This document shows, one piece after another, positions 1 through 8,576 of a DNA stretch of 23,380 nt; position 1 is the first letter of the stretch; every line of letters begins with the position of its first letter. The translations under genes and the position numbers were made by a program. The notes beneath the pieces were generated by a model. The model was not told the origin of the DNA and searched no databases. It worked only from the letters and a program-made list of their open reading frames with translations. The stretch comes from an uncultured bacterium. Lineage in GTDB: Bacteria; CSSED10-310; CAZUFC01. The stretch spans positions 21,161 to 44,540 of the forward strand of contig CAZUFC010000069.1 of NCBI GenBank assembly GCA_964619725.1, written 5' to 3'.

Positions 1-1465
1 TGCTCGTCGGAGTCCGCGTCGGCGTGTTCGTCACGGTCGGCGTGTCCGTCGGAGTGTCCGTCGGAGTCTGAGTTACGGTCGGACTGTCTGTCGGGGTTCG
101 AGTCGGAGTATTCGTCACTGTCGGAGTATCCGTCGGAGTGTCCGTCGGGGTGTCGGTCGGCGTATCCGTCGGAGTATCCGTCGGAGTCTGCGTTATCGTC
201 GGAGTATTCGTCGGCGTCAATGTCGCCGATTGCGTCGTCGTCGGCGTGCTCGTCGGAGTCCGCGTCGGCGTGTTCGTCACGGTCGGCGTGTCCGTCGGAG
301 TATCTGTCGGCGTATTCGTTACAGTCGGACTGTCTGTGGGGGTCCGAGTCGGAGTATTCGTCACTGTCGGCGTGTCTGTCGGGGTATCCGTCGGGGTCAA
401 CGTTATCGTCGGACTGTCCGTCGGAGTCCGCGTCGGCGTCAACGTCACCGTCGGCGTGTCCGTCGGGGTCCGCGTCGGAGTCAATGTCTCTGTCGGCGTA
501 TTCGTCGGCGTGTCCGTCGGGGTCAGCGTTATCGTCGGACTGTCTGTCGGGGTGCGTGTCGGAGTATCCGTCGGCGTCCGAGTCGGAGTATCCGTCGGCG
601 TATCTGTCGGAGTATTGGTCGGGGTCAGCGTTATCGTCGGACTGTCCGTCGGGGTCCGCGTCGGCGTATTCGTAGGCGGGCAGGTCGGTGTATCCGTCGG
701 ACTCTCCGTCGGAGTTCGCGTCGGCGTATCCGTAGGCGTGTCCGTCGGAGTCAACGTTATCGTCGGACTGTCTGTCGGGGTGCGTGTCGGAGTATCCGTC
801 GGCGTCCGAGTCGGAGTATCCGTCGGCGTATCTGTCGGAGTATCTGTCGGAGTCAACGTTATCGTCGGAGTGTCTGTTGGAGTTCTCGTCGGCGTCAATG
901 TCACCGTCGGAGTATCCGTCGGGGTGCGCGTCGGCGTCAACGTCTCCGTCGGAGTATTCGTCGGAGTACCCGTCGGGGTCAACGTTACGGTCGGACTGTC
1001 TGTCGGCGTGCGTGTCGGAGTGCGCGTCGGAGTGCAGGTTGGAGTATCCGTCGGGGTATCTGTCGGAGTCAGCGTCATTGTCGGACTGTCCGTCGGAGTC
1101 CGCGTCGGCGTGCGCGTGGGCGTCCGTGTCGGAGTATCCGTCGGCGTGTCCGTCGGCGTGTCCGTCGGAGTCCGCGTCGGCGTGTTCGTCGGAGTCAACG
1201 TTACCGTCGGCGTCCGCGTCGGCGTGTTCGTCGGAGTCAACGTCACCGTCGGCGTCCGCGTCGGCGTGTCCGTCGGCGTCAACGTCACTGTCGGACTGTC
1301 CGTGGGGGTCCGCGTCGGCGTATTCGTCGGAGTTCGCGTCGGCGTGTCTGTCGGCGTTAATGTCGGCGTCAACGTCGGCGTCAATGTTACTGTCGGCGTT
1401 CGCGTCGGCGTCCGCGTCGACGTCGGAGTTCGCGTCGGCGTATCCGTCGGCGTCGGCGTCGGAGG
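1..1465 (-). repeat. Coding tandem repeat of 12-nt ([12 protein letters not shown]) and 18-nt ([18 protein letters not shown]) units
   Basis: The + strand core 'gtcgg(a/c/g)gt' recurs every 12 or 18 nt. Exact higher-order copies: 527-615 = 755-843 (89 bp) and 1-55 = 247-301. Confidence 0.95.
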
Positions 1466-2482
1466 CAACCAATAACCGAAATCTACATCCAAGTTGCACT
1501 CGCCACCGTCTAAATCCAGGCTATACGGCTCATTACCCGTCGTTAACACGCTGCCCGCCGGCAACGTGTTCTCATCTACATCCACTATGTAACAACCGCG
1601 ATCCAAACTCTTAAACAAATACCAGCCGGGATAATCCGTATCAGGATCGTCCTGCGTCGTCCTTGAATCCAGACGGTCATCCTCAGGATCGATTACCCCG
1701 TTGCAATTCTCATCCTCATACAAATTCAACTTCACGCCGTTGATTCCCGCCGTCTCTATCGGCTCGTCCTGGTCTCCCTCACTGTCCGCATCATACCATA
1801 CATAATCCCCTATACAGGATGTCGTCGTCTCTATGAAATCCAGGCTGATGTCCGTCGCTACATGAGTCCCGAATATCTCCATCACCAAAGCGCCTATATC
1901 TGTAAAATCAGCTCCCGTTCCTCCCTGTACCGCAAATTCATTATATGGTAAATAAAATGACTGTCCCGGGTCCTCGATTATTCCCGGTAAAGCTAAACTG
2001 TAACTGGAATAATTACTCGCATCCGTGTACGCCGTGAATACAAGCAGCGCCGGCCAGTCCTCCTCAAATACATGAATTAATATCGCATTCTGATTGCCGC
2101 TGTTCGTTAAATCTATACCCTCTAATCCCGTATAAAATATCGATAACGGATCATCATCGCGGCCGTCCCACTCAACTCGTGAATATCCTTCCACTCCCGT
2201 CTCCTGACTGTGCGCCATTAAATCATTACCGCCGCTGTTCGCCTTCAACGTCATGATTCCCGTACCCGCCGTAACCTCTATAAACGCATCCCGCTGCGAT
2301 CCCTGGATGCCCGAACCCAATACCGTGTTGTAATCCGTATCACCTACGCCCTCAGCCTCTAATGTCTGTACCGTTACAAACGAATCTATCAGTATGTCCC
2401 CCGCTTTCGCTCCCGGTCCGAAAATCCCTGATATTATTATTAATCCAAGAAAAAAACAGCTTCCCTTTATTGAAATTCTCAT
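1..2482 (-). CDS. Secreted/surface protein, 3' end beyond the window: signal peptide, N-terminal beta-rich domain, SdrD B-like domain, then a very long Pro/Thr (PTxT) repeat stalk
   Basis: Not in the ORF track because it runs off the edge. Manual translation from ATG at 2482 (upstream GAAGGAGAGAGGGAG RBS) gives [35 protein letters not shown]... The SdrD-B-like segment (about 1819-1472) reads [18 protein letters not shown]...[12 protein letters not shown]...[15 protein letters not shown]...DVDFGY, followed by [15 protein letters not shown]... The frame stays open to the window start (at least 827 codons). Confidence 0.93.
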   Translation of the reverse strand, partial: MRISIKGSCFFLGLIIISGIFGPGAKAGDILIDSFVTVQTLEAEGVGDTDYNTVLGSGIQGSQRDAFIEVTAGTGIMTLKANSGGNDLMAHSQETGVEGYSRVEWDGRDDDPLSIFYTGLEGIDLTNSGNQNAILIHVFEEDWPALLVFTAYTDASNYSSYSLALPGIIEDPGQSFYLPYNEFAVQGGTGADFTDIGALVMEIFGTHVATDISLDFIETTTSCIGDYVWYDADSEGDQDEPIETAGINGVKLNLYEDENCNGVIDPEDDRLDSRTTQDDPDTDYPGWYLFKSLDRGCYIVDVDENTLPAGSVLTTGNEPYSLDLDGGECNLDVDFGYWLPPTPTPTDTPTRTPTSTRTPTRTPTVTLTPTLTPTLTPTDTPTRTPTNTPTRTPTDSPTVTLTPTDTPTRTPTVTLTPTNTPTRTPTVTLTPTNTPTRTPTDTPTDTPTDTPTRTPTRTPTRTPTDSPTMTLTPTDTPTDTPTCTPTRTPTRTPTDSPTVTLTPTGTPTNTPTETLTPTRTPTDTPTVTLTPTRTPTDTPTITLTPTDTPTDTPTDTPTRTPTDTPTRTPTDSPTITLTPTDTPTDTPTRTPTESPTDTPTCPPTNTPTRTPTDSPTITLTPTNTPTDTPTDTPTRTPTDTPTRTPTDSPTITLTPTDTPTNTPTETLTPTRTPTDTPTVTLTPTRTPTDSPTITLTPTDTPTDTPTVTNTPTRTPTDSPTVTNTPTDTPTDTPTVTNTPTRTPTSTPTTTQSATLTPTNTPTITQTPTDTPTDTPTDTPTDTPTDTPTVTNTPTRTPTDSPTVTQTPTDTPTDTPTVTNTPTRTPTS

Positions 2483-2890
2483 CTCCCTCTCTCCTTCACT
2501 CCTGTATTTAAAATTTTAAGCAATTTTTCGCCCCTGTATAAATCCTCGGTCACTCAAAACCGATATGAAATCCAAACACTATCGGTCTGCAAATTCGACC
2601 GCTTACATATATAAATAACCTTCTAAAAAAGAAATGTCAAGTATTTCTTTTTTTCCCAGAATTGCAGAAAGATTTTCGGCCTGAATCCGCAATAATAAAG
2701 GATTTACAGCATTATCCTGTAACTCTTGCCCGCCATACATTTACGAAGAATATCCAAATCATGGGGTGATTTTTTCTTTCTTCCCTTGAAATGTTGACAA
2801 GCGTGACCGAAATAAAATAATAATGAATTGGGGTGGAGGCGTGATGTCTCGACAGAATTTCAATTTTTTCAAAAATACAAGGAGAATATT

Positions 2891-5800
2891 TTGAAAGGCG
2901 TTCATTTTTTTATATTTATAATTCTATCCGTAGTTTTATGCTCCGGTGTCAATAGCGGGGGAAACGAGAGATTCCGAATCATCAGGCAAGACGGCGAATT
3001 GTTGCAGGTTCTTTATAGATTTGATGAACGAATCGATATGAGCAATTACGAGGAATCGACGTCGGAACATTTCGCGGAATTCTGTCGAGTTGCTGGTCAG
3101 GCAGCGCTGCCTGTAGAATCGTTTATATGCGGGATACCGGCGGGTGCGGAATTATCGGTAGCTGCGGAAGCGCTGGAGTTTGAGGAATTCAGGGGAGTTG
3201 ATTTAGATGAATATGTCGATAAGCCTGGCAGTTCTTTTATCAGTCTTGAGCGTGAGCTTTTAGGGAAGGATACGTTAGCTGAGGCGTCGGGTACGGGCTG
3301 GGTGCGTAGTCAGCGGATAGCCGGCATCAGGATATATCCTTATTATTATGAAAAGAGCGAACGGAAATTGATTGTCCGCAGAAAAGCGATGATCTGGATC
3401 GAATTCAGCGGCGGCAGGTCTTGGGAGCTAAACAGGTCCGATCCGATGGGTGAAATATTTGAAAGCAGCATGCAAAGTATGTTGTTGAATTACGACCAGG
3501 CCCGATGCTTTCGCGGGGAATCGCCGTGCGAAGCGGGCGGAGAAAGCATGTTTTCTCCGACAGGCGATGCCGAATGGTATAAAATGGAGATATGCGACGA
3601 GCGTGCGGCCATTCGAATAGACGATCAGATAGATTTGACGGGAAAGAATTATGAGAATTTCCAGATATGGAATCGAGGTCATCAGGTGGCGGCGAGATTA
3701 ACGGGAGTTGAAGATGAGAGTTTTGACGAAGGCGATTATCTGGAATTTTACGCTCACCCTCTGCGTTATAACGACGATTCTGAGGACTTCTACACGACAT
3801 GCAACGTTTACTGGTTCACCATTGGAGAAACTCCCGGTGAGAGGCTGGAAAGATACCAAATATTCCAGGGGACTCAGCAGATAGCGGAGAATTTTCCAGA
3901 AGAGTTAAGAATAGAAGAAAACAGGATACCTTCCTGGGCAGAGGACAAATGGATGTGGCAGCAGTTTAATGCAGGCGAGGAAAGTTCGATCCAGTTTTCG
4001 ATTCATTCGCCTGACGAGGTTTCAGAAGAGCAGGCATTTATAAAAATAAGGCTTCAGGGGAAAACGAGCGATCCCGATATCATTCCCGATCATCATGCCA
4101 AAGTATATCTGAATGGAGAACTGCTGTGCGATGCGCAGTGGGACGGATGGGACGCTTATGACTGCGAGGCGTCCATAGACCATCAGCTTCTTCTGGACGG
4201 ACAGAATGAGATAAGCATAGAAATGCCCGGAGACACGGCGGCCGGAGAATTTGACCAGATATGGCTGAACTGGATCGACATAAAATATAACAGGCTCTAC
4301 GAAGCGAAGAACGGAAAACTGAAGTTCCGCAGTCCCGTTACCGGGGGACCCAGCACCGTCAGATTCATCATTTACGGATTCGATTCCCCTAATATAAACA
4401 TATTCGATATTTCAAGAGACCGTTTTCTGAGCGGCGTACAAATTCAGCAAAGCGGTTCGGAGTATAATGCGGAATTTCAGATGAAAATTTCGAATCCGGT
4501 GGAGTTCTTCGGCTTCCAGGACGACACGGCATATCGCCCCGAAGCAGTTCCCGACGCGCCGTCCGACCTTAAGAACACTTCTCATCAGGCCGATTACATA
4601 ATGATATCAAACCAGGAATTAATGCAGGAATCCGAAACGCTTTACGACATTTACGACCTGGTCGATCTTCAGACGCAACGGGGATATAATGTAAAACTGG
4701 TCGACATAGAAGACATCTACGATGAATTCAACCACGGAATCTTCAATCCGCCCGCCATAACCTCATTCATGGATTACGCCTACCATAACTGGCGTTCGCC
4801 CGCGCCCACACACCTTCTCCTGGTCGGAGATTCCACCTGGGACTATAAAGGCTATCTTCCCGAAGGCGTGAAAGAAAACCTGGTTCCCTCCTACGGCAAA
4901 AACTGGAGTGAAGAACGAAGCCGTTCCAGGTCCGCATATATTGATCAATTTTTTGCAGGAGAAAAATATGAACAGGCGGGGACAGGATATGATCCCGACG
5001 ATTTTATTTACGGGAACCCCATGGTCGATCAGCAGTTCGTTTGCGTATCCGGAGACGATAACCTGCCTGATATGTCCGTAGGAAGGTTGTCGGTACCCGA
5101 CGTCCAGGATTTATCCCTAGTTATTTCAAAAAGCATAAAAGCGGAAAACGGCCTGCCCCCGGGATACTGGATAAGAAATATGGTTTTCATCACCGGAGGC
5201 GTAGACGACATAGAACAAAACACCTTGCGCTCCCAGACAGACTGCCTGATAGATCAATACATCCGCCCGAACTACAGCGGATTGAATCCGGTAAGAATAC
5301 ACAAGGAAAAAGACGGCTACGACTGGGGTATCTACGAGCAGGACGTCATAGATGCATTCGATGCCGGCGCAGTGATCGTAAACTTCTTCGGCCACGCGGG
5401 TACCTGGAGCTGGGAATGCATACTGGACTTCGACGACCTGCCCGACATAAACAACCAGGGAAAACTCCCCTTCGTCATGAGTATGACATGCAACACGGCC
5501 AGGTTCGCCAACCCCGTCATAGACGCATTCGGCGAAGAAATGATGACGGTAGGCGAAAATTCCTGCGCATTGGGCTTCTGGGGAGGACACAGTTTCGGCG
5601 GCCTGTGGTCGGACTACTACCTGACAAGCACTTTCTTCGACAGAGTCTTCTTCCAGAAAAACCACATTACAGGCATAGCCATTATGGAAGCCAAAATACA
5701 CAACCAGTTGATCCACCCCGATTACTGCGTCTTCATAGAACCCTACACATTACTGAGCGACCCCGCCATGCCCCTGACCTTCCGCTCCAACCCCAGCCTG

Positions 5801-6118
5801 GTCATGGGGGGATACTTCGATAAAAAAATAAGCCAGTCCCAGGGAGGCAACCTGCAATTCCTCGCATTCGGCCTGGGCCTGGACGGAACAGCCGTAGAAA
5901 AAATGGAAATATACTACGACGGACTCCCCACAGGAGTATACCTGCAGGACAACGGAGCCTCCAACGACTTCGCCCCCGGAGACGGCGTGTTCGGCCTGAC
6001 GGTCCCCCTGAATCCGGGACAGGTCCCCCAAAACCGTTACCTGCTAGAACTCACAGGCCGGGACTACTTCAATAATAAAACGAAACTCTGGCCTTACCTG
6101 AATGTTACCCAGGATTAA
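2891..6118 (+). CDS. Secreted C25 (gingipain/PorU-like) cysteine peptidase with propeptide, Ig-like middle region and extra C-terminal domain
   Basis: Likely start is TTG 2891 (AAGGAGA at 2879-2885) with signal peptide MKGVHFFIFIILSVVLCSGVNS. C25 motifs: ADYIMIS, DIEDIYDEFNHG, LLLVGD, PDMSVGRL, catalytic His in FFGHAG (5393-5395), catalytic Cys in MTCNTARF (5489-5491), YTLLSDPA. FYTTCNVYW is typical of PorU-like N-terminal regions. Confidence 0.9.
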   Translation: MKGVHFFIFIILSVVLCSGVNSGGNERFRIIRQDGELLQVLYRFDERIDMSNYEESTSEHFAEFCRVAGQAALPVESFICGIPAGAELSVAAEALEFEEFRGVDLDEYVDKPGSSFISLERELLGKDTLAEASGTGWVRSQRIAGIRIYPYYYEKSERKLIVRRKAMIWIEFSGGRSWELNRSDPMGEIFESSMQSMLLNYDQARCFRGESPCEAGGESMFSPTGDAEWYKMEICDERAAIRIDDQIDLTGKNYENFQIWNRGHQVAARLTGVEDESFDEGDYLEFYAHPLRYNDDSEDFYTTCNVYWFTIGETPGERLERYQIFQGTQQIAENFPEELRIEENRIPSWAEDKWMWQQFNAGEESSIQFSIHSPDEVSEEQAFIKIRLQGKTSDPDIIPDHHAKVYLNGELLCDAQWDGWDAYDCEASIDHQLLLDGQNEISIEMPGDTAAGEFDQIWLNWIDIKYNRLYEAKNGKLKFRSPVTGGPSTVRFIIYGFDSPNINIFDISRDRFLSGVQIQQSGSEYNAEFQMKISNPVEFFGFQDDTAYRPEAVPDAPSDLKNTSHQADYIMISNQELMQESETLYDIYDLVDLQTQRGYNVKLVDIEDIYDEFNHGIFNPPAITSFMDYAYHNWRSPAPTHLLLVGDSTWDYKGYLPEGVKENLVPSYGKNWSEERSRSRSAYIDQFFAGEKYEQAGTGYDPDDFIYGNPMVDQQFVCVSGDDNLPDMSVGRLSVPDVQDLSLVISKSIKAENGLPPGYWIRNMVFITGGVDDIEQNTLRSQTDCLIDQYIRPNYSGLNPVRIHKEKDGYDWGIYEQDVIDAFDAGAVIVNFFGHAGTWSWECILDFDDLPDINNQGKLPFVMSMTCNTARFANPVIDAFGEEMMTVGENSCALGFWGGHSFGGLWSDYYLTSTFFDRVFFQKNHITGIAIMEAKIHNQLIHPDYCVFIEPYTLLSDPAMPLTFRSNPSLVMGGYFDKKISQSQGGNLQFLAFGLGLDGTAVEKMEIYYDGLPTGVYLQDNGASNDFAPGDGVFGLTVPLNPGQVPQNRYLLELTGRDYFNNKTKLWPYLNVTQD

Positions 6119-6132
6119 TCAAATGCAAAAGT

Positions 6133-6188
6133 CCCAGGGTCGCGCTTCGCTTAACCCTGCACTTTCATGCGGCGCTCTTTCGGAACCT
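6133..6188 (-). repeat. REP-like palindromic element (copy A)
   Basis: Stem CAGGGT(6135-6140)...ACCCTG(6154-6159). The reverse complement (GTTCCGAAAGAGCG..GCATGAAAGTGCAGGGTTAAGCGAAGCGCGACCCTGGG) aligns with the element at 8299-8380. Confidence 0.6.
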
Positions 6189-6369
6189 GAGAAGTTTCTG
6201 GATGAATGCAAACTGTAATCAATGTTTGAACAGTCCCGGAATTTCTATACCGATACAGATTGCGACAGCGAAGAAAAGTTATGGGTAAAGATGAGGGATA
6301 TGGGCGGTAAAATGAAAACGAAATTCCAGCCTTATTTTAGCAGGACTAAGAAATTGAAAAACGGAAAGG

Positions 6370-7557
6370 TCATTGATCAGCCGAACATGTATTCTGCTGT
6401 AATAACTTGCGGATTCTTTCCGTTAAAAACGGCGCATTCATTTTTTCCGCATATGGCAAAGCATCCCGCAGAATTTCACGCATTTTGTCGAAGTTTTTCT
6501 TTCCAGATAGCTCTCCATACTCAATCGCTGTTTCGACAATATAAAAAGCATGTCCGCTTTCCGATAATAGGGGATAATTATTTTTAAACATTGAAAGTGA
6601 GTCGTTGTGCTTTCCATCTAAGTGAAGCAATCCGGCAATTTTGCACTTCGTCCTGGCTGTCCCGACTTTATCTTCAAGCTGCTCCATAAGCGGTATTGCG
6701 TTAAGTTCAATCCATGAATGAAAGGATTCACCTTTTATCTCATCGATTATCAGGCTTTCTGCCTTTTCAAGCAGCTTAAAGGCATTTGTAATCTCACCGG
6801 TTCTTGCAGAATTCTGGGCTTCAAGGAACAATATTTTAGCCTCTAAAAATGCATCCGAAGTCTTCATTTCGTCATACGATGATTTTGCTCTATGCAAAGC
6901 CTTGTCGGCATCTGAAAGAAAACCTGCATAATACGATACCTCTGCTAAATAAACATACAGCCAGGCCATCTTTTCATGATCACACCTCTGCACCATTCTT
7001 TTTATTTGAGACTTCAAGAGCCTTATCTCCTCGCCGGCCTTGCTTTTTTCGACATCAATAGGCTCTCTAATTGACGTCAATTCTTGCCAATCTATAAGTT
7101 CCTCACTTAGCTTTACTATGCTCCAGAAATCAGTCAATCTTCCTGTCATCTCTCTCATGGTTATGGAATCCACCCAAAATAAGGCTTTGATTCCGCTTGA
7201 AACTAATACTTCACAGTTTAAATTTAAATTCTCAAATATCGGCGGCATCGGGCGATCCGGCGTCATCTTAACATCCGTTGAAAATTTTATGCTGTTTATG
7301 ACACGCCGAGAATCACTTTCAGCTAAATTTCGGACAATTGACTCGTTTGGATTCGTGACGGTTATTTGACGCCATAGCTTATGTTTATCAACATGACTGC
7401 GGATTTCCGTCTCCATTGCCTCCTGTATTCCGACGCTCTCTGAAGCCAATACTATTAAAGTAGTCTGTTCATCAGACAGATTAAAATGCATAGCGGTTTT
7501 TTGACATATTTTTCGCTGGCGGTAGTCAAGTCGCGAGGTTAAAACTTTCATGATCAT
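6370..7557 (-). CDS. TPR-repeat protein with N-terminal 'LN..E...W...DFWS' domain, partner of the upstream ATPase
   Basis: N-terminal motif LNLNCEVLVSSGIKALFWVDSITMREMTGRLTDFWS. C-terminal helical repeats include AWLYVYLAEVSYYAGFLSDADKALHRA and ARTKCKIAGLLHLDGKHNDSLSMF. ATG at 7557 overlaps the upstream TGA (TGATG); in-frame TTG at 7560 is an alternative start. Confidence 0.75.
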   Translation of the reverse strand: MIMKVLTSRLDYRQRKICQKTAMHFNLSDEQTTLIVLASESVGIQEAMETEIRSHVDKHKLWRQITVTNPNESIVRNLAESDSRRVINSIKFSTDVKMTPDRPMPPIFENLNLNCEVLVSSGIKALFWVDSITMREMTGRLTDFWSIVKLSEELIDWQELTSIREPIDVEKSKAGEEIRLLKSQIKRMVQRCDHEKMAWLYVYLAEVSYYAGFLSDADKALHRAKSSYDEMKTSDAFLEAKILFLEAQNSARTGEITNAFKLLEKAESLIIDEIKGESFHSWIELNAIPLMEQLEDKVGTARTKCKIAGLLHLDGKHNDSLSMFKNNYPLLSESGHAFYIVETAIEYGELSGKKNFDKMREILRDALPYAEKMNAPFLTERIRKLLQQNTCSADQ

Positions 7558-8031
7558 CAACTCGTATTTTCCTCAACCAAATCCTCTAGAAGCGGGTTAA
7601 CGTCGCACCACCTTTCATCATTGACATATTCAAGTATAGCCCTGTTGTGCAGAAGCCGAAGCATTCTCTCATCTTTTCCCGCCGAAGGTCTTTTCGATTT
7701 TATCGTCTGCAATAACTCCAAATCTTCTTTGCTTAAAAGTCTCGTGTAATCATTTCTTCTTTCGTGAATCGCATTATCAATATTTTTTTCGTCAATATTC
7801 TCTTCTTCTCTGACTAAAGCATCGGTGCAGGCAGAATGAACGAGCCGAACGAAATCGCGTACGACCCCACCGCTGTAGTAAATCGCTTTGTCTATCGCCG
7901 CCGGAGTCATCAAACTCCTGTCGAGACGTGTCACGGTCCATGTAAAACTCCCAATTCTCTTTATCATTCGGGTCCAGAGGCCTGGTGAAATCCAGATTCT
8001 GATAAGCTTTTTTTAGATTTTTCGCTTTCAT
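7557..8031 (-). pseudogene. P-loop/AAA+ ATPase remnant: N-terminus joined out of frame to the C-terminal lid/helical region, catalytic core absent
   Basis: Frame 1 from 8031: MKAKNLKKAYQNLDFTRPLDPNDKENWEFYMDR (typical pre-Walker-A N-terminus). Frame 2: RLDRSLMTPAAIDKAIYYSGGVVRDFVRL...LLHNRAILEYVNDERWCDVNPLL (typical C-terminus). The frames switch near 7925-7935 and no GxxxxGK[ST] is present. Confidence 0.78.
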
Positions 8032-8187
8032 GATCCAACCTTTTCGTAAAATTTTAATGAAGCAATTAACATCATCTTCCGCCTCTGCTCTGCGAAATAA
8101 CAGTTAAAGGTTATTAAGTCATCTCCAGGAAAAATTTTGAGCGCTTCCCGAAACCAGAAAGGGCATCCCAAACTGGTTTTGAAAAAC

Positions 8188-8196
8188 ATTATATCA
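8188..8196 (-). promoter_or_regulatory. Extended -10 promoter element (TGATATAAT) upstream of the ATPase/TPR pair
   Basis: The minus strand reads TG-A-TATAAT, a perfect TGnTATAAT, about 155 nt upstream of ATG 8031. Confidence 0.5.
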
Positions 8197-8298
8197 AATA
8201 GAACTGAAAACAGAAAAGATGAGATAAACCATTCTTTCCAGCGTTCTTCCTCAGTTCCATAAAAGAAGGTAAAAATTTCTCTTGAGCGCCCAAGTCAC

Positions 8299-8380
8299 GC
8301 AGTATGAAAGCTTGGGATTAAGCGAGCCTGCGAGTGCAACCCCAGGTTAAATCAATATGAACGCAAGCTCTGAAAGAGAG
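8299..8380 (+). repeat. REP-like palindromic element (copy B, inverted relative to copy A)
   Basis: GCAGTATGAAAGCTTGGGATTAAGCGAGCCTGCGAGTGCAACCCCAGG...AGCTCTGAAAGAGAG shares ATGAAAG, TTAAGCGA, the GC.ACCC..GG arm and the (C/T)GAAAGAG mini-hairpin with copy A. Confidence 0.6.
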
Positions 8381-8478
8381 ATCACTGGATGTCTTTCCCT
8401 CCACCGCCAAAAATCAACCAATGCCCGATCCGCCAGGCATCCTCGAAACAGCGCCGGAATAATAGAATCGTAATCGGT

Positions 8479-8507
8479 TTTAAAAGTCCTCACGTTTAAA
8501 CTATAAT
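8479..8507 (+). promoter_or_regulatory. Candidate sigma70 promoter for the hydrolase gene
   Basis: TTTAAA(8479-8484)-17 nt-TATAAT(8502-8507), 70 nt upstream of ATG 8577. Confidence 0.4.
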
Positions 8508-8576
8508 CATTGTCGTGACACCGCTCGTTGTCGTGATCGTTGTCGCATTAGATCATTTTTTCATTGGAATTGAGCC

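Noticed and set aside
1..1465. Possible CRISPR array or DGR repeat
   Set aside because: There are no unique spacers, units are multiples of 6 nt that vary at wobble positions, and no cas or reverse transcriptase gene is in the window.
138..1614. Four long + strand ORFs (Val/Gly-, Ser- and Arg-rich)
   Set aside because: They are antisense shadows of the PT-repeat gene. The minus frame has an RBS, a signal peptide and recognisable domains.
2612..2824. TTGACA boxes at 2640-2635 (-) and 2794-2799 (+) as divergent promoters
   Set aside because: The -35 hexamers are perfect but no good -10 lies at 16-18 nt spacing, so they were not called.
2828..2890. ORF-track start of the C25 gene (likewise the track starts at 11497, 12440, 15193 and 21739)
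   Set aside because: Downstream starts have better RBSs and, for the secreted proteins, put the signal peptide at the N-terminus.
6222..6587. 121-aa + ORF with faint DUF559-like 'EEKLWVKMRD'
   Set aside because: No further nuclease motifs, no clear RBS, and it overlaps the TPR gene antisense by over 200 nt.
7920..7940. Programmed frameshift joining the two ATPase ORFs
   Set aside because: There is no slippery sequence at the junction, and the joined product would still lack Walker A/B.
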